A stretch of DNA of 64,000 bases from Chrysomallon squamiferum. Taxonomy: Eukaryota; Animalia; Mollusca. Position 1 is the first letter of the stretch; every line of letters begins with the position of its first letter. This document shows, one piece after another, positions 28,105 through 54,710 of the stretch. The notes under the pieces were generated by a model. It saw nothing but the letters and a program-made list of their open reading frames with translations. It did not search any database and was not told the origin of the DNA. A program made the position numbers and the translations under genes. The stretch spans positions 3,286,001-3,350,000 of the forward strand of contig CM022673.1 in NCBI GenBank assembly GCA_012295275.1. The letters are read 5' to 3'.

Positions 28105-28876
28105 ATGGTATCTTGTCACAAAATAATAGTTCTGGTAGTCGCCGCCCTTTTCAGTTCAATGATTCTTCAGACACGTGCCTCCCCAATGAGAAGATATCAG
28201 CTGGAAGAAACACGAAGACAGGTGAGAAACGTCTGCCTGTCCGTCCGTCTGTCTGTCTGCCTGCCTGCCCGTCTGTTTGTCTGTCTGTCTGTCTGTCTTA
28301 TGTATGTCTGTCTTTGTTTACTGTATGTTGTATTTGTATATGTAGGCATGTCTATGTGGTATGCATATACCTGTATGTATGTTTGTGTATGCGTGTGTGT
28401 ATAAATATGTATGTATGTGTGTATGTATGTATGTATGTATGTATTATGTATGTATCTATGTATGTATGTGTATATGCATGTATATATGTATGTATGTCTG
28501 TATATATGTATGTATGTATGTGTGTGTGTATGTATGTATGTATGTATATATCTATTCTATGTATGTACGTATGTATGTATGTGTATATGCATGTATGTAT
28601 GTGTATATGCATGTATGTATGTATGTATGTCTATATGTATGTATGTATGAATGTACACTGTTGTATGTGATAACAGCAATAATAATAATAATTCTATAAT
28701 GTATTACTGTACTGCTATATCTACTATATCTCTATTTGTAGGAAGTGATTAATCTTGCATCTGAAATAATTAATATTCTCGCTAATAAAAACGAGTGGGA
28801 TGTGAGGAAAAGAAATGGCGGCACGCTGGACTCTCTGTACATTCTGCCTGACCTCACGGACAAGGGCCGCAGGTGA
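28105..28876 (+). CDS. Cerebrin / pigment-dispersing factor (PDF)-type neuropeptide precursor, 83 aa, 2 coding exons (28105-28221, 28742-28876)
   Basis: Spliced translation: MVSCHKIIVLVVAALFSSMILQTRASPMRRYQLEETRRQ|EVINLASEIINILANKNEWDVRKR-NGGTLDSLYILPDLTDK-GRR*. Signal peptide, KR cleavage site and Gly amide donor are present. The mature 17-mer (28814-28864) closely resembles Aplysia cerebrin NGGTADALYNLPDLEKI-amide (recalled from memory). Canonical AG/GT sites with a phase-0 intron. A further donor follows 28885 and an acceptor precedes 29943 (3'UTR intron). Confidence 0.93.
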
Positions 28877-29492
28877 TCCATGAAGGTAAGTGCTACCTGT
28901 AGTTATATGTGTGTGTGAGCGTGTGTGTGCGTGTGTGCCTAGAGTTATATGTATGTGTGTATGTGTGTGTGTGAATGTGTGTGTATGTGTGTGTATGTGT
29001 GTGTGTGTGCGTGTGTGTGTTTATGTGTATGTATGTGTGTGTGTATATATATATATATATATAATGTAGGAGATACTGATATAATATTGTCTGTTATTTT
29101 AATAAAAACACACACGCACAAAACACACATATACACTCATATATGTACACACAACGAATATATACATTATTTTAATCGGTTATTTGTTTATTATACACAT
29201 TCATACATACATAAATAGATACATCCATATATATATTCATACATAGCGTACATTCGTAAATATATACATATATACAAACATGAAATAAAAACCAAAAGTT
29301 AAAAATAAAACACAAAATAGCAGTTCTAGTTGTAGTAATATAATAAATAAACAAACAAACAAACAAATAAATAAATAATAACAATAATAATATAATAATA
29401 ATAAAAATAATAATAATAAACAAATGAAGTAAAAAATGAATTTATGGAAATTTAATATGGATGGAAAAAGCAGCAATAACACATTAACAACA

Positions 29493-29549
<57 letters not shown>

Positions 29550-30129
29550 TAATAATAATAATAGTAATAGTAGTAGTAGTAGTAGTAGTAGTAGCAACAG
29601 CAGTAGTAGTAGTAGTAGTAAAAACAACAACTGAATCATTTATTTTGTGATTTAATATAACACCGAATCACAAGGTTTAACTATATACACACATCAGTAT
29701 TTTAAACAAATTATCACTTTCTTTTTCGTCTAAAATACAAAACCTTTTTCTTCAGAAATACATATTTTTTAATATTATTTATCCTGATAGTGCCGAGAGG
29801 CATAATTATTTTTCTCACTTGATTACTTACGTATGTGATTGACCTTAGAAAAACCAGATGTCGCAATTTGCTGATGATCTTGATGTATGTTTGCTTGAAT
29901 AAACTCACAGTTACATTTTTTTTTCCTTCTTTTTCGTTTCAGGGTCAGCAGTAAGCAGAGCTATGAAAGTTATTTCCATACCAAAGATTTCAGTGAATGT
30001 TTTATCTGTAATCGGCAAGCTTTGGACTCAACGTTGTTTCTTGGCTATGGATAATTTTCTTCTTTTACTGAACAAAATAAAAACATGAATGCTGTACTCT
30101 TTTTCTTCTGTGTTTGTAGTTTTAAAATT

Positions 30130-30245
<116 letters not shown>

Positions 30246-31631
30246 GATATACTTTTCATTTTTCATTTTTGGATTCTATAGGGCGTTCATTTACTTAAAA
30301 TATTTCGAATATACATTTTCAGTGCTTTTTTTGTTTAAGCTGTGGTTTCAAACTAAAAATTATCCAAAACTATAACTTAACCAACCATGTGATCTTCAAG
30401 TTTAAACGTATTGCCGTAAAGCGAAAATGATCATTCCGGAGATGTCTCTGTATTATGAACGAAACTTACTTGTCATTCTTTACTTATGATACACTTTGTT
30501 TAGTCTCATATAAATTTTGACAAAACTTATCAATCTTCACCACTATTATCGTTACTGTGAAACAGTCAATAATTTGAATCCTATATGGCTTACCATTCGT
30601 GTAGATAAGTATACATTTTAGTATTAAAAAAAGAAACTGGTTAGAGAGAAATGAAGATGTATTAAAATTACACTTTATTTATCAGTTCATATAGACAGAT
30701 TCGATCCGTGAAACTGTTAACTGTAAGCCCCTTACTTAACCATTGTAATAAAGGCTGATATTAAAACTGCTGCTTTTTTAAAATATGATTTATTGAGAAA
30801 AAGTCACATTCCTGTTATTAGAGAGTGTCCAAATGCGCAACAAATAATTAATAGTGCACTAGCTTTTTTATTTGTGAGATGATCTTTAATTAACCTATAC
30901 AAGTTACGAATTTAAACATTAGTTTCAGAAATGTCATCTTCCAAACCGTTAGAGCAGAGGACTGTAATCCAAGTGCGAAGTGAGCAATCAAATTATCAGT
31001 TCTCCTTAATAAATCTTTAAGTGTGTTTGTCGTTCCAAACGCTGCATTCTCTTCCTCTGTTTCATATGCTGAACTTAAAGCTGTTTGCACTTGACATTTA
31101 CGAATGATTAAATGAACGTAAATAACATCAGTGCGATTTTATAAAACTGAGTCAGTTATATTTAATTATTGACTAATTTACCCCTGAGGCGAAATGATGT
31201 CCACTTTAACGCAAATAATCTCTTCAGTATTTTTGCTTAGTTAAAATCACGTATGCATATAAACACATATATACATACACACATGCATGCACGCACGTAC
31301 GCACACATAAACATTGTGTATACTTAAGCTATGTGGTACAGAACATAGAATAGGCATGAATCCATCGCCGAATTAATTCCCCTTAATTTGACATAGGAGT
31401 ATTTCCCATTCCACCAAGTGCTCTGTTAAAGCTGTTTGGTATCTTTCCCTTTTTACTAAAATAAATATATCGTCTGGATTTCTAAAAAACAACTTATTAC
31501 CTCCCTTCTTAATATTTATTTATTTAATTTATTCATTTATTATTATTATTATTTTTTTTTTTTGTGAGGATAGTATGTTTGTTTGTTTATTTATTTATTT
31601 ATTTATTTATTTTATTTTATTATTATTATTA

Positions 31632-31676
<45 letters not shown>

Positions 31677-31680
31677 TTTA

Positions 31681-31762
<82 letters not shown>

Positions 31763-31987
31763 TTTCATTGATGTACTTATTCACATCATATAGCATATAT
31801 TAAAATAAGTAAGAAATTGTTGGCTGATGTATACCACTTGTTCAATCCAGTATTGAAATCTTTAAACTTCATCTACACAATATTAGAAGAAATGTGATGA
31901 ACCGGTGCATGAAAACAGGGACTACTAATAAAATATACAAAAACAATATCAACAGCATACCAACAGTAAAGTAATATGTGCATGTAC

Positions 31988-32091
<104 letters not shown>

Positions 32092-32671
32092 TATACGCAG
32101 CACATTAGCTAACGTGAATACAAATAGTCGCTGCACCATCTTGGAAATTGTTAGATGAGAAAACCTCAGCTTCTGTTACGTCAGTGACACGTGTTTTCTT
32201 GTTTCTTTGTGTCTTCACCGACTCACGGAATATAAACCAAACCTTTTGTATCCGTTAACTGTTTTCTTGTAAAAATAAAGTGAAAAAATCTTACTGATTT
32301 GATTTAACGTTTAGAGCGACTCGTTATTCAAACAAATAATTTCGTGTGCTCGAATAAATTAATTAATACAGAGTGGGTTTTTTTTGTTTTTGTTGTTGTT
32401 TCAGAGAAGTATTCAGTTTTTCCTGGACAATTTTTTATTTCAGTAGTTCTGATGTTGACAGGATACTGAAATGTCAAGTTGTTTCTTTCTCTATTTCTGT
32501 TTTTGAATACATTTTTTTTATTTTTATTTTTTATTTTTTTTTTGGTGATTGCCTATGAAGGGAAGTAACTCTAAATTGTTTCTAAAATAAATAGAATGGA
32601 AAAGGATTCAGATAAAACGATCAGTCTCTTTATATTTTTTCTGCTTTCTTTCCTTCATTCTCTTTCTTTTA

Positions 32672-32717
<46 letters not shown>

Positions 32718-32788
32718 TTAAATGTTTTCCTTTTCTTTATTTCCTCTTACTTTTTTGCCGTCTTAATTTCTAGCTATTTATCCTTATC

Positions 32789-32819
<31 letters not shown>

Positions 32820-32869
32820 CACTTGCTACTCTGTTACATGCAAACTCACCATTTCACCATAGGGAACAA

Positions 32870-33360
32870 AGTAAATATAAGTTTACCTTAATATTTAAGA
32901 TACAAATATGGTATAATACAAATTTACATTAATACTGTGAAATAAAAGTTCATATTTATTCTGTGAAATATGTTTACATTTATACTGAGATATATTGGTT
33001 TACATTAATAGTGTGATATATAAGTTAACATCAGTACTGTGGTATATAACTTTACATCAATACTGTATTATATAAGTTAACATTAATACTACGATATACA
33101 TGTTTGCATTAATACTGTGATATAAAAGTTTACATTAATACTATGATATATAATTTACATCAATACTGTGAGAATTAAGTATACATTAATTACTTGGAAT
33201 ACAAGTAACAATAAATCTAAGAGATATGAGTTTACATTAATTCTGTGAGATATGAGTTTACTTTAATTCTGTGTGATGTGTTTACATTAATCCTGTGAGA
33301 AATGTTTATATTAGTACTGAAATATCTAAATTTACATCAATAATGTGAGAATGTTTTCAT
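32870..33360. repeat. Degenerate ~27-bp tandem repeat (tttacattaatactgtgatatataag)
   Basis: Many periodic tttacattaat...ctgtg units, located between the convergent cerebrin and bursicon 3' ends. Confidence 0.8.
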
Positions 33361-33705
33361 CAAAACTTTGGGAAGCTAGTTCATATTATTGATGTAAATT
33401 TAAATATTCTTTACAATTCAGTAATACACATTTACTATCAGGAATAAAATTTATACTGATAAATCCACGGATAATTATATAAAATAATATTTAGGCTAGT
33501 TAAATAGAAAATAGTAATAATAACAATAATAATAATAATAATAAACATAAAGAACAACACAAAAACAAATCCAAAATCCATAAGTGTAATAATTAAAGTA
33601 AAAAAATAAATAAAAAAAAAAAAAAATGGAAACTGCATATGAAATAAATAAATAAATAAATAAATAAATTGTTAAACGAATTTATAATTCAATAAACTTA
33701 TGTAT

Positions 33706-33738
<33 letters not shown>

Positions 33739-33820
33739 TTTCGATTTGTATATTAATCGGTTCGTTTTCTCTTTATTCTTATTTCGTTTTAATAAATATT
33801 ATTGCACTATTATTATTACG

Positions 33821-33874
<54 letters not shown>

Positions 33875-34907
33875 TTATTTCGGTTGAAGTTTTATTAACA
33901 TTTTTTTACATCATCATTAACATGTTTTTGCTGTTGTTGCTGTGATTATTATTGTTATTAGGTGGGTTTTTTTTAGTTCTTTATGTTTTAAATTAAAATA
34001 ATGTTGTTTCTACCGATGTTGTTATAACACAACTGGCTAATTAATACTTACATAAAACTTTTAAAAAATTTCAGGAATAAGATTTATAAATTCAGGCATC
34101 TTGCAAAGACGGTAACAGACTTAGGCAAGATAGGAAAGTGAAGGTCACAAATTTCAAACTTGAGTTCGTTTCAGTTCATTCATTTATCTAAAAAAATTTC
34201 TGTGTTAGCTTTTAAGAATTTTCTTTAAAATATTAATATTTTATGCCATAGGATACTCCTTGACTATCTCTACAACATCATTTATTTTTATCAGAGGATC
34301 CCCACCCCCATTGCTTTTAACATTAGGTGTAGGCCTCTTAGAAGTCTGCCACACTTGACACGCCCCTTTTGTTTTGAAAGATATTATTTTACTTATACAT
34401 TTTCTTTTAACGAAGAAATCATCTGTGTTGTCTGTTTACAGATAAACGAGTAAAATCAACAGAAAAGGGTAATAATTTTTTTTTTTTCTCTCATTTATCT
34501 AGAGAACAGTTCTCGTTATTAAACGCTATGGAACTACAGTTAGACAGATATATGTATATTCACTGCATTTATACACTGCTGTTATTGAATAAATTATATG
34601 TCAGATTAAATGCAGATAAGTGTATATTTACTGGTGGTTAATTTTCATTAGATGTTCATGCGTATCCAAGAAACATAAGTATGTTTAAATCTAACCTCAG
34701 GCGTTTGATTTTGCTGTTTGTTTGTTTTTGAAAAATCTGAAGGGATGGTATAATGCGTGCAACTTTTGCGTTTACGAACGTAACAAAAACGTTTAAAAAA
34801 CGAGACAAAATTTAAAAGAAATAGGAACACGTCACAAAACCCAGTAAATCTCAGACCGAGGATTTTTGCCATTCTGTATTCTTTGCATAATAATTTTCAC
34901 ATTACGT

Positions 34908-45749
<10,842 letters not shown>

Positions 45750-46100
45750 GGCGCTGCTTTCTGTTATCACCTGTCCTTTTGTCTGTTTCCCAGGTTGATC
45801 TACATAGCATGCTCTCTCTCTGTGTCCAGCCACTCCTACACTTGCGCACTTATCACCTCCCTCAGAGGTGTTGATGACAATCGGGCCCGCGTCGTCTCTC
45901 CGACTAGGTCTTTGACGTCACCAGCGTCTTATCCAACCAACAACGGTCTCTCTCTCTCGGATTTACGAACGAAGAATTAGACGCGTTGATCGGATTCTGT
46001 TGCCATCTTGATGCGACGCGGAGTAAGTTGATTTTATTGTGGGTTCCTCCTCGTGTGTTGATATTGATCTACCGCTTCCACAGCGTGTGCAAGTTGCTAG
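45750..46100 (-). promoter_or_regulatory. Candidate promoter/5'UTR of the bursicon-like gene with a CRE
   Basis: GC-richer block immediately upstream of the ATG; perfect CRE TGACGTCA at 45913-45920. Confidence 0.45.
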
Positions 46101-46739
46101 GCGTGTTTTCCAAAAAGTCGTATTTTTGTGAGAAAAATTAAAGGCGAATCTTTCAACTGAAGCGACCGCCATTAATCATGATTACTGATACCAAAGAGGC
46201 ATCGTTTAAATTTGTTTTCATACTGCTTGACAGTATGGTTATACTTACAGGAGAATAGAGAATTCATTGTGCTATGTATCATCGTATAATATATTTTCGT
46301 GCAATTAAACGATCATGATCGTAGAGGTCATATCCTCCAGTCTCCAAATTGCAAGCAAAAAGGAAATATCCCGTTCCAACCTGTATTAGATACTTTTATG
46401 TATACTTTAATGGTTATCTAAAAGATTACTTGCTGCTTTGTCCATTAAAAACAAAGACAGCAGCCTTCATCCTTACTCACATGATAATTATATTTAACAC
46501 CTAATAGTTCTTAATATTAAGCTCTCTTGTGAAGCCAGCATCCATACATCTATTCATTTATTACATTTACGCATTTGCACAATATTGGATATAAAGATTG
46601 TTTATAGAGTTAACAACGTACTAAAGTGCTGTTAAATTTAAAACGATTTTTTTTAATTTCTCTTATGAAGAAATTAATTTGATTTTAAATAGTCGCAGAG
46701 AAGGCGTTAACGTAGAAGTATACATCCATACAAAAAAAA

Positions 46740-46772
<33 letters not shown>

Positions 46773-47751
46773 GCATACACTTATTCGGAAATCGTTTTAA
46801 TAGAATAAACCTTTTTAAATGAAAATGATGACTGAGTTAAGATATTATGATTTCAAGTTTTTTTTATACCAATAACACTGTGAATTTCAGTTAAGTTAAT
46901 GAAGTCGTAAATTAATTTAAAAAAAATAAGTTCTGTTTAAATATCTGAAACGAATTTGACCTTTTATTAGGATTCAGAACTATCGCTATCTCGAACAACA
47001 GATTTTTAAGCGCATGAAACAGGGTAAAAATTAAAAATAACTAAAATAACTAAAACTGCCGTTACAGCAGTTTTGCATCATGCAGTGGTTTTCGATGTTC
47101 ATGGTTTTAACGCGGCTAAATCATCAACAATTTGTTTTTGTCCTTTGATGAGTCATTACAGTTTTGATTATGGAGGTATGTAACCCTTGCAGTAGGTCAT
47201 AATCTTCATCATTTTAACTCGAGGCGTCACTGCTGAAGGAATGTAGGAGTAAAAGGACAACTAAGAAAGCATGGCCTACCCGCAAACAGCACTTCACCGT
47301 TATTAGCAGCTGTTTGTATGGTTTCATTCTGTCCTCCAGCTTCCGCAAGTTTGTCCCTTGGATGTCGCTTCTGGAAACTTACGCTAATATGATCAGTTTT
47401 GACCACAGTTTTCTAATTTGATAACCAACGTCTTGCCAAAGGCTGCGACATTTTCGAAATTTAGGACACCATTGGTTGACTAATTTCGGTTAGATTATTA
47501 TTATTATTTTTTTTTTTTTTTGGCAGTAATGTCTGGATTGTTTTGAATGTTAATATTTAGTTTTTTCTAAATTTAGGCAGTTTCTCTTTCTGTTTGTATG
47601 GATGTATTTCTGTCTGTCTGTCAGTCTGTCTCTCTGTCTCTCTCTCTCTCATTCTCTCCCCCGTCTCTTTATGAAACAGTAAGATAGTGAAACTTAGAGA
47701 AACTACAAAAGCCAGAAAAGAGATGGTGGAAATAACAGAGGAAGATATATA

Positions 47752-47793
<42 letters not shown>

Positions 47794-47989
47794 CCACTAC
47801 TGCTGTTACTGCCACAACTACCACTACTACTATCACTATTACTGTGTTGCTATTACTACTACTACTACTACTACTACCACTAAAAACTACAGCATCATCA
47901 ACAACAACAATAATAATAACAGTAATAATAATAATAGTAATAATAATAATAATAATAATAAAGATAATAACAATAACAATAACAATAAC

Positions 47990-48029
<40 letters not shown>

Positions 48030-49030
48030 GTAATAATAAGGATTAAAAGAGCGAGATGGACTAACACAACAAATCGACTATCAAACTAAAATGACTTCAG
48101 GTACATTAGCCTGGTCAACCAGCAGGTTGTAACAAGAAAACATTGACGTAAACATCTCCTGGCCTCTACAGAACTGTTCTACTGAACAGCGGGAAACATT
48201 ACCAAGTTCAATCAATGTTTTACAGTGAAGTTTGTTAATTCGGATTCCGGCTACCAATGGTTTTAGCCGGCTGTGAGCTTAGTGCGAGGAAAATTTCCAC
48301 GTTGATGATCAGCGAATACCAGAGTGAATATCTGATTAACTTCTCACGTCTCTGTCATCGACAAAAACTGTTGATCGTGTGTTGCCGACTTTTAGAAAAT
48401 AATCTAAGTGAATAAAGCTGAAGTGAATTACAGTAAGCTGTGTGTGTGTGTGCGCGTGTGTGCGTGTGCGTGTGTGTGTTTGTGTGTGTGTGTGTGTGTG
48501 TGTTTTTTGTGTGTGTGTGTGTGTGCGTGTGTGTGTGTGTGTGTGTGTGCGTGTGTGTGTGTGTGCCCTTTAATGTCTTTTAGTTTGTTTTATCAGTTAA
48601 GGTTTATTGGATTGAAGTGCGCGGACGATATTTGTTCTGTTTAAATGGATTATTAAATGATGATTTTGTGGTAATCGGAATGTGTATTCCCTTCTTATTT
48701 GTATTTGACGGTTATTTGTCTGTTATTATTAAATATTATTATTATTATTATTATTAATGTTGTTGTTGTTCTTGTTGTCGTCGACGTTGTTGTTGTTATT
48801 ACTACTATTATTATTATTATTATCATTATTATTATTATTTAACAATGAAACATTTCATTTTCAAGGTTATATTCAAGAAATAAAAGCTCTTGTTTTCTGA
48901 AATAGCAGACGCTTGCCCTTTTAATGTCTGACTGATTTTTTATTTTCTTGTTTTTCATCATCTTCTTTGATCTTTCTTATGTTTGTGTTTTCATACAGGA
49001 GACTGATCTTGTCATAGTTGTTTATTTGCA

Positions 49031-49104
<74 letters not shown>

Positions 49105-50247
49105 TAACAATAACAATAACAACAACGACAACGACAATAATAATAACAGTAACAATAATAATAATAAGAAGAAGAAGAAGAAGAAGAAGTTGAAGAACAG
49201 CAACAACAACAACTACTCCTACTACTACTGCTGCTACTGCTTTTATTACTACTACGACTACAATAACAACAGCAAACCAACCAACCTTCCAACAACAACA
49301 AAAGAATGATATTTAAAATTTTTATTCCACTTTCATTGCATAATAAAGATATTTGCACATAAAGTTAATTTGATAATTTCAGTTATACACCTAACTTGTA
49401 ACAAGCATACATATATATATATATATAATGAATATGGAACACCTTTCTGAACCATATTTATATTTTCCAAATAAAGTGACATGTTTTTTCATTCTTTCAA
49501 TATCCAGATATATATATTATATAGTAAATTTTAAAAAAAAACTATGTAAAATTACAGATCATACATGCTGAAGATTACTTACATTCTTATATACAGAAAC
49601 TTATATCATATATTTACAAATAATGTAGTTCAAAAATCAAAAATCTCTTGCTAGAATATAACAGCATCATCGATTTTAAAATCCAATCGATGATAATTAA
49701 AAATACTTCAAATATTATTGCAAAGATCAGTAATACAAGGAGATGACTGTTAAGGGTCTATATACTGAATGGTAAAAAAAAAATAAATAAATAAAAAAAA
49801 AAAAAAAAAAAAAATAAATAAAATAAAATAACATATATATACATTTAGATATGATTCATATTCAGAGAATATATGTATGCATTTGTATGTCAATGTATGT
49901 GTGTATGTGTGTGTGTATATGTATGTTTGTATGATTGTATTTGTATGTGAGTATGTGTTTGTATATTTTTGTATGTATGTATGTATGTATATATATGTGT
50001 GTATATATATATATATGTACGTATGTATGTATGTGTTTTGCTTGCGTGTACCTGCGTGCGTGGGCGTTTGTATGTGTGTATAAATATATATATCTGTCTA
50101 TATATAGAACTATATCTGTATACATGCATGCTTATGTTTATATACCTTTCCTTGTATATTACAAGCATCCATGAAAAATCTGTTATAAAATCCTTTAAAT
50201 ACGATTGTCACTTCGGGACTGTTACTTCTTCTCCGTATCCTCGTGTT

Positions 50248-50423
50248 CTAAATAGCTACAAAGAATTTCTTCTTGAACATGACATAGGCAACAAAACACC
50301 AGATGGCGACACCCCAGACATCCTGAAGTAGAAGCTTCCAGTGGACCTGTTCGATTTGCCAGGCGATGGGAAACTCACGCCAGAACACGTCATGACAGAA
50401 GTATATAACAATAGAATTCATCC
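50248..50423 (-). CDS. HGSNAT: HGSNAT terminal exon ([11 protein letters not shown]...KKKFFVAI*)
   Basis: Conserved GMNSI..Y..H motif; stop TAG at 50250-50248. Confidence 0.93.
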
Positions 50424-53149
50424 CTGTAATCATAGTAATAGTAATAATTATAATAACAATAATAATAATGATGATGATGATGACAATTGTAATAATAATA
50501 ATAATAATTACGATGATGATGATGCTGATGTTAATATAAATAAATAAATATATATTTAAATACTGTTTAAATTTAAGCCTTTAAATACAAGATTGCACGC
50601 ACACACACACACACACACACATACATTTAAAAATACACATACACTCATAAACACAAAACCCTTAATTAACACAAAGGGTCATTTACCCCAAAGTACATAC
50701 ACATGCGTAGACCCCAATTTAAAAATACATTCGCATTCATTTTGCATTTCATACATTTACCCACATCTTCCCACACTCATCAGTTTTTGTCATCAGTACT
50801 TTGGTTATTAAAAACATCGAGTATATCTTTGATACTTATGCATGTAAGTAGTTAATTATACACTGACTATAACATTACCGATTTTTCTTAATGAAATACG
50901 GCAATTCAGTGGTTATTTAGGCTAAGAGATCGTAATAAAAAAGCGCAGAGTGTAATAAAATAAAAGACTATTACGTAGCACTGCACTGTTTTTTACATTA
51001 TGTAGCACGCGATAGATTATTGCGTTCATTTTGAAAAATAATGTATAATGATGTAGAAAGTTTCGTATTCTAGGGTAGTGATACAGTATTACGAATTATT
51101 CAATAAAATATTCTTATATTAGTTAACTGATTTAAATGAAATGAAGCAAAAATAAAGGCTATATATTATGAAATAAAATAGCAATATATTATTTTATCTT
51201 ATCTTATCTTATATTATATTATATTATATTATATTATATTATATTATATTATATTATATTATATTATATTACATTACAATGCTAAAGTTTCTTCCACTTC
51301 AATCATATCAATCAATTAATTCATTACATTACATTATATTTATATCAACATAAAATTGAAATAACAAAAAATGAATAGAACATAAAATAATAAAATAAGC
51401 TGACAAATTAAATAAAATAGATTCTGTCATACGAACGTCACATAAACTTTATTTTTAAAATTCACACGTATTATTTGAAATGTTAGTGAAATAGCGCACA
51501 GTTTTACCTGGGTAAATGAACGGAGAGCCTGTCCACCAGTTCAGTATATCAATAAACACGTACATGACCGTGAAGAAAATAAATGCAAAACTTGCAGTTG
51601 TCAGAACGAACGATACAGACCTGAAAACACGAAGCATTCTTTTAACCGTGCGGTCACCAAACCTCACACTTACTACAGAAGGTTAAAACGTTTAACGTAA
51701 ATGAGAAATTTGTAGCGGTAAATCCAGTAATATAAAAATCTCTTTCTACAGTGAAACTAAAATTTGAAATGATATGAAATAAAATCACATAAAATCACAC
51801 AATAAGGTTCACATGAAAAGCTATGTTGCTGTTAATAGGTTTTGAGAAACGCAGAGGACGACAAAACGGATTTTCTTTTTTCGACTTTTATGCATCGAAG
51901 AACTAGGAATGAGATTTGGAGAAGATTTGTTTTAAAAATGAATACTACAAGCCAATATTTCATCGTGAATAAACAACACAACCTAACCAACTAAGCGTTA
52001 ATATTAAAGTAAACTTGTATGTCATAAACACTGCAGATGTTTATTCTTTAACTACCACACGTTTTTGAAACTCAGGATAATAACACTTTTAAATAAATAA
52101 AAAAATGCAGTCAGATTTTATTTGAAAATAAACTGACCAAAGATTTTTGTTGAGTGGTACCCAGCCGTCATTCTGACTTCCCTTGCACAACAGCGCTGCA
52201 ATCGATCCCTGTGATAAAACAATGAAATATATAAATACATATTAAAACAATCTTTGAAACATATTTGCTCTACAGTAAAGAGAGAAAGAAACAAATACAT
52301 TGATTAGCAGATAGCTAGAGAGAGAGAGAAGGCGAACATACAGAGAAAGAAAGACAGAGATACAGATAAATATATAGATAGAAAGACAAATAAACAGAAA
52401 AACAGATAGATAGAAACTGAGGAAGGTGAGCACAGAAAGAGACAGACAGAGAAACATACACACAGACAGACAGAGAGAGAAAGAGAAAGAAAGGAAACGA
52501 GAAAGTGACAGAGAGAAAGATACTAGAATTATAAAAAGTGCCTCAGCGAGAAAATGTGAGACAATCTGTAAGCATATAATAATATAAAACTTGCTGATTG
52601 TTTAATGATAATAACTAAAAAGAAGATCAACAAGCTGTCCTAAGACTTTATAATTAAGATTTCATCTTTAATTTCATGATTAATTGTTACTAGTAAGATT
52701 TCAGACAACGAAATAAACCCATTATGAAACCCATTATAAATAAATCATTAAACTTACGGTTATCACTGCCCAAATCAGCCAACGAATGATGCGGCCTTTG
52801 TGATCTTTGTATATGAGAATAATTCGTCCACACTGAACGAAGAATAGTGCAATTTAATATATCTTCATGTTAGTTAAAACAACAACAACAGTAGTCATAG
52901 ATATAGTTAGCTGTTAATATATATATATATATATATATGTATATAAATTGTTAGCGGTAAATTCATGATAGAGGAATATAGAAAATCAGATTATTTTGCA
53001 TTCATTTCAAATTTTCTTGTTAAGTTTTCATGAAGTCGTCGATGATATTAATATTGATGATGATGACATTAATGGAAATAAAAGTGATGATAATAATGGT
53101 GATGATGACGATGATAATTACGGTGATTATCATAATGATAACAATAATG

Positions 53150-53215
<66 letters not shown>

Positions 53216-54362
53216 TGAAGATGTGATGTGTATGTATATATATATATTTATGAGAATATTATAAAAATTGCCAAGCAGCTAAAAGTGTACCTGTAGTCCC
53301 AAAAAACAAAGAAAGACAGATGTCAGAATTCCTAGAATTCCTTCTGGATCATAAGGCACAACTGTGTTGTAGGTTTCCTAAAATGATACAAATAAGAAAT
53401 GAGACATTTTTTTTATTTGTGTGTTTGTGTGGCACACTGACTGCTTATATATGAATCTATAAGCATATGAATATATCAAATGTCTCTAAAATTTTCAGCT
53501 CTGTTTTCAAATTCTTGTTCATGTTACACCTTAGTTGCAATCCTCCCTCAAAAAAAAATAAAAATAAAAATAAAAATAAATAAATAAAAGCAAAAAATAA
53601 GACAAAAACAAAAAGGTGGAAAAAAAGAAACAACAACAACATAAGTAGAAAAATAATAAGAATGAACAGAAAAAGATAAATGACATTGTGAACATAAATT
53701 TAGTAACTTATCAGTTGTTATTTTAATTCCTAAGTCGTTAATCAGAACTCTGTCGGCTAACAAATGAGTTTTAAAAGAAGTGAGTCAGTTAATGAACCAG
53801 CGAAAGGAGCAAACAACACAGACATACCTGGGGTGTAGGGAACTGATAGAGGTGGTCGCTGCCAAGAATGATCTCATCAATGTACCTAGCCGCTCCACCC
53901 GTACAGTTATAGTACCTCCCTCTCTCACTCATACCCCCAGGTCCCGTGTACCCACTGAAAAACAATAATAATCTAGATAATAGTAGTAAGAGTAGCAGCA
54001 GTAGTAGTAGTAGTAGTAGTAGAAGTAGTAGTAATAGTAGTAGTGGTAGTAGTAGTAGTAGCAATAATAATGATAATAATAATAATATGATAATGATGAT
54101 AATGATGATGATGATGATGGTGGTGGTGGTAATGTGGTAGCAGAAGTGATAGGATTTGTAATGGTAATAAAAAAGAAATAAAAATCAATAATTCAAGATG
54201 AAATAATTGATCCCTTATAGATAGATGAAGAAAGATACACGAATAAATAATAATAAATAAGACACAGTTATATATATATAAATATATATCTATATGTGTA
54301 TGTGTGTGTGTGTGTGTCCATCTAACTCGCAGACATATGACTGATAAATAGATAAGATAAAC

Positions 54363-54416
<54 letters not shown>

Positions 54417-54676
54417 GGAAAGTGAGTGGTTACAAAGTAATGTTTCTAAAACAGGTTACGTCACGTGACAAGTACCTACGTTGGGCATCCTGGGACTGGC
54501 AGTCCGTAGGTCAGTCCGATGTACGCTCCTAGGAACGCGAGACTGAGAATCCACTCAGGCACGTTGAGTACAATATCTCGAACAGGCGCCCATTTTGTAT
54601 TCTGTGTGAAAACAAACACGTGTAGAGATATAACTGATATTAATGACGTACTGAAAATTATGATATATATTGCATG

Positions 54677-54710
<34 letters not shown>

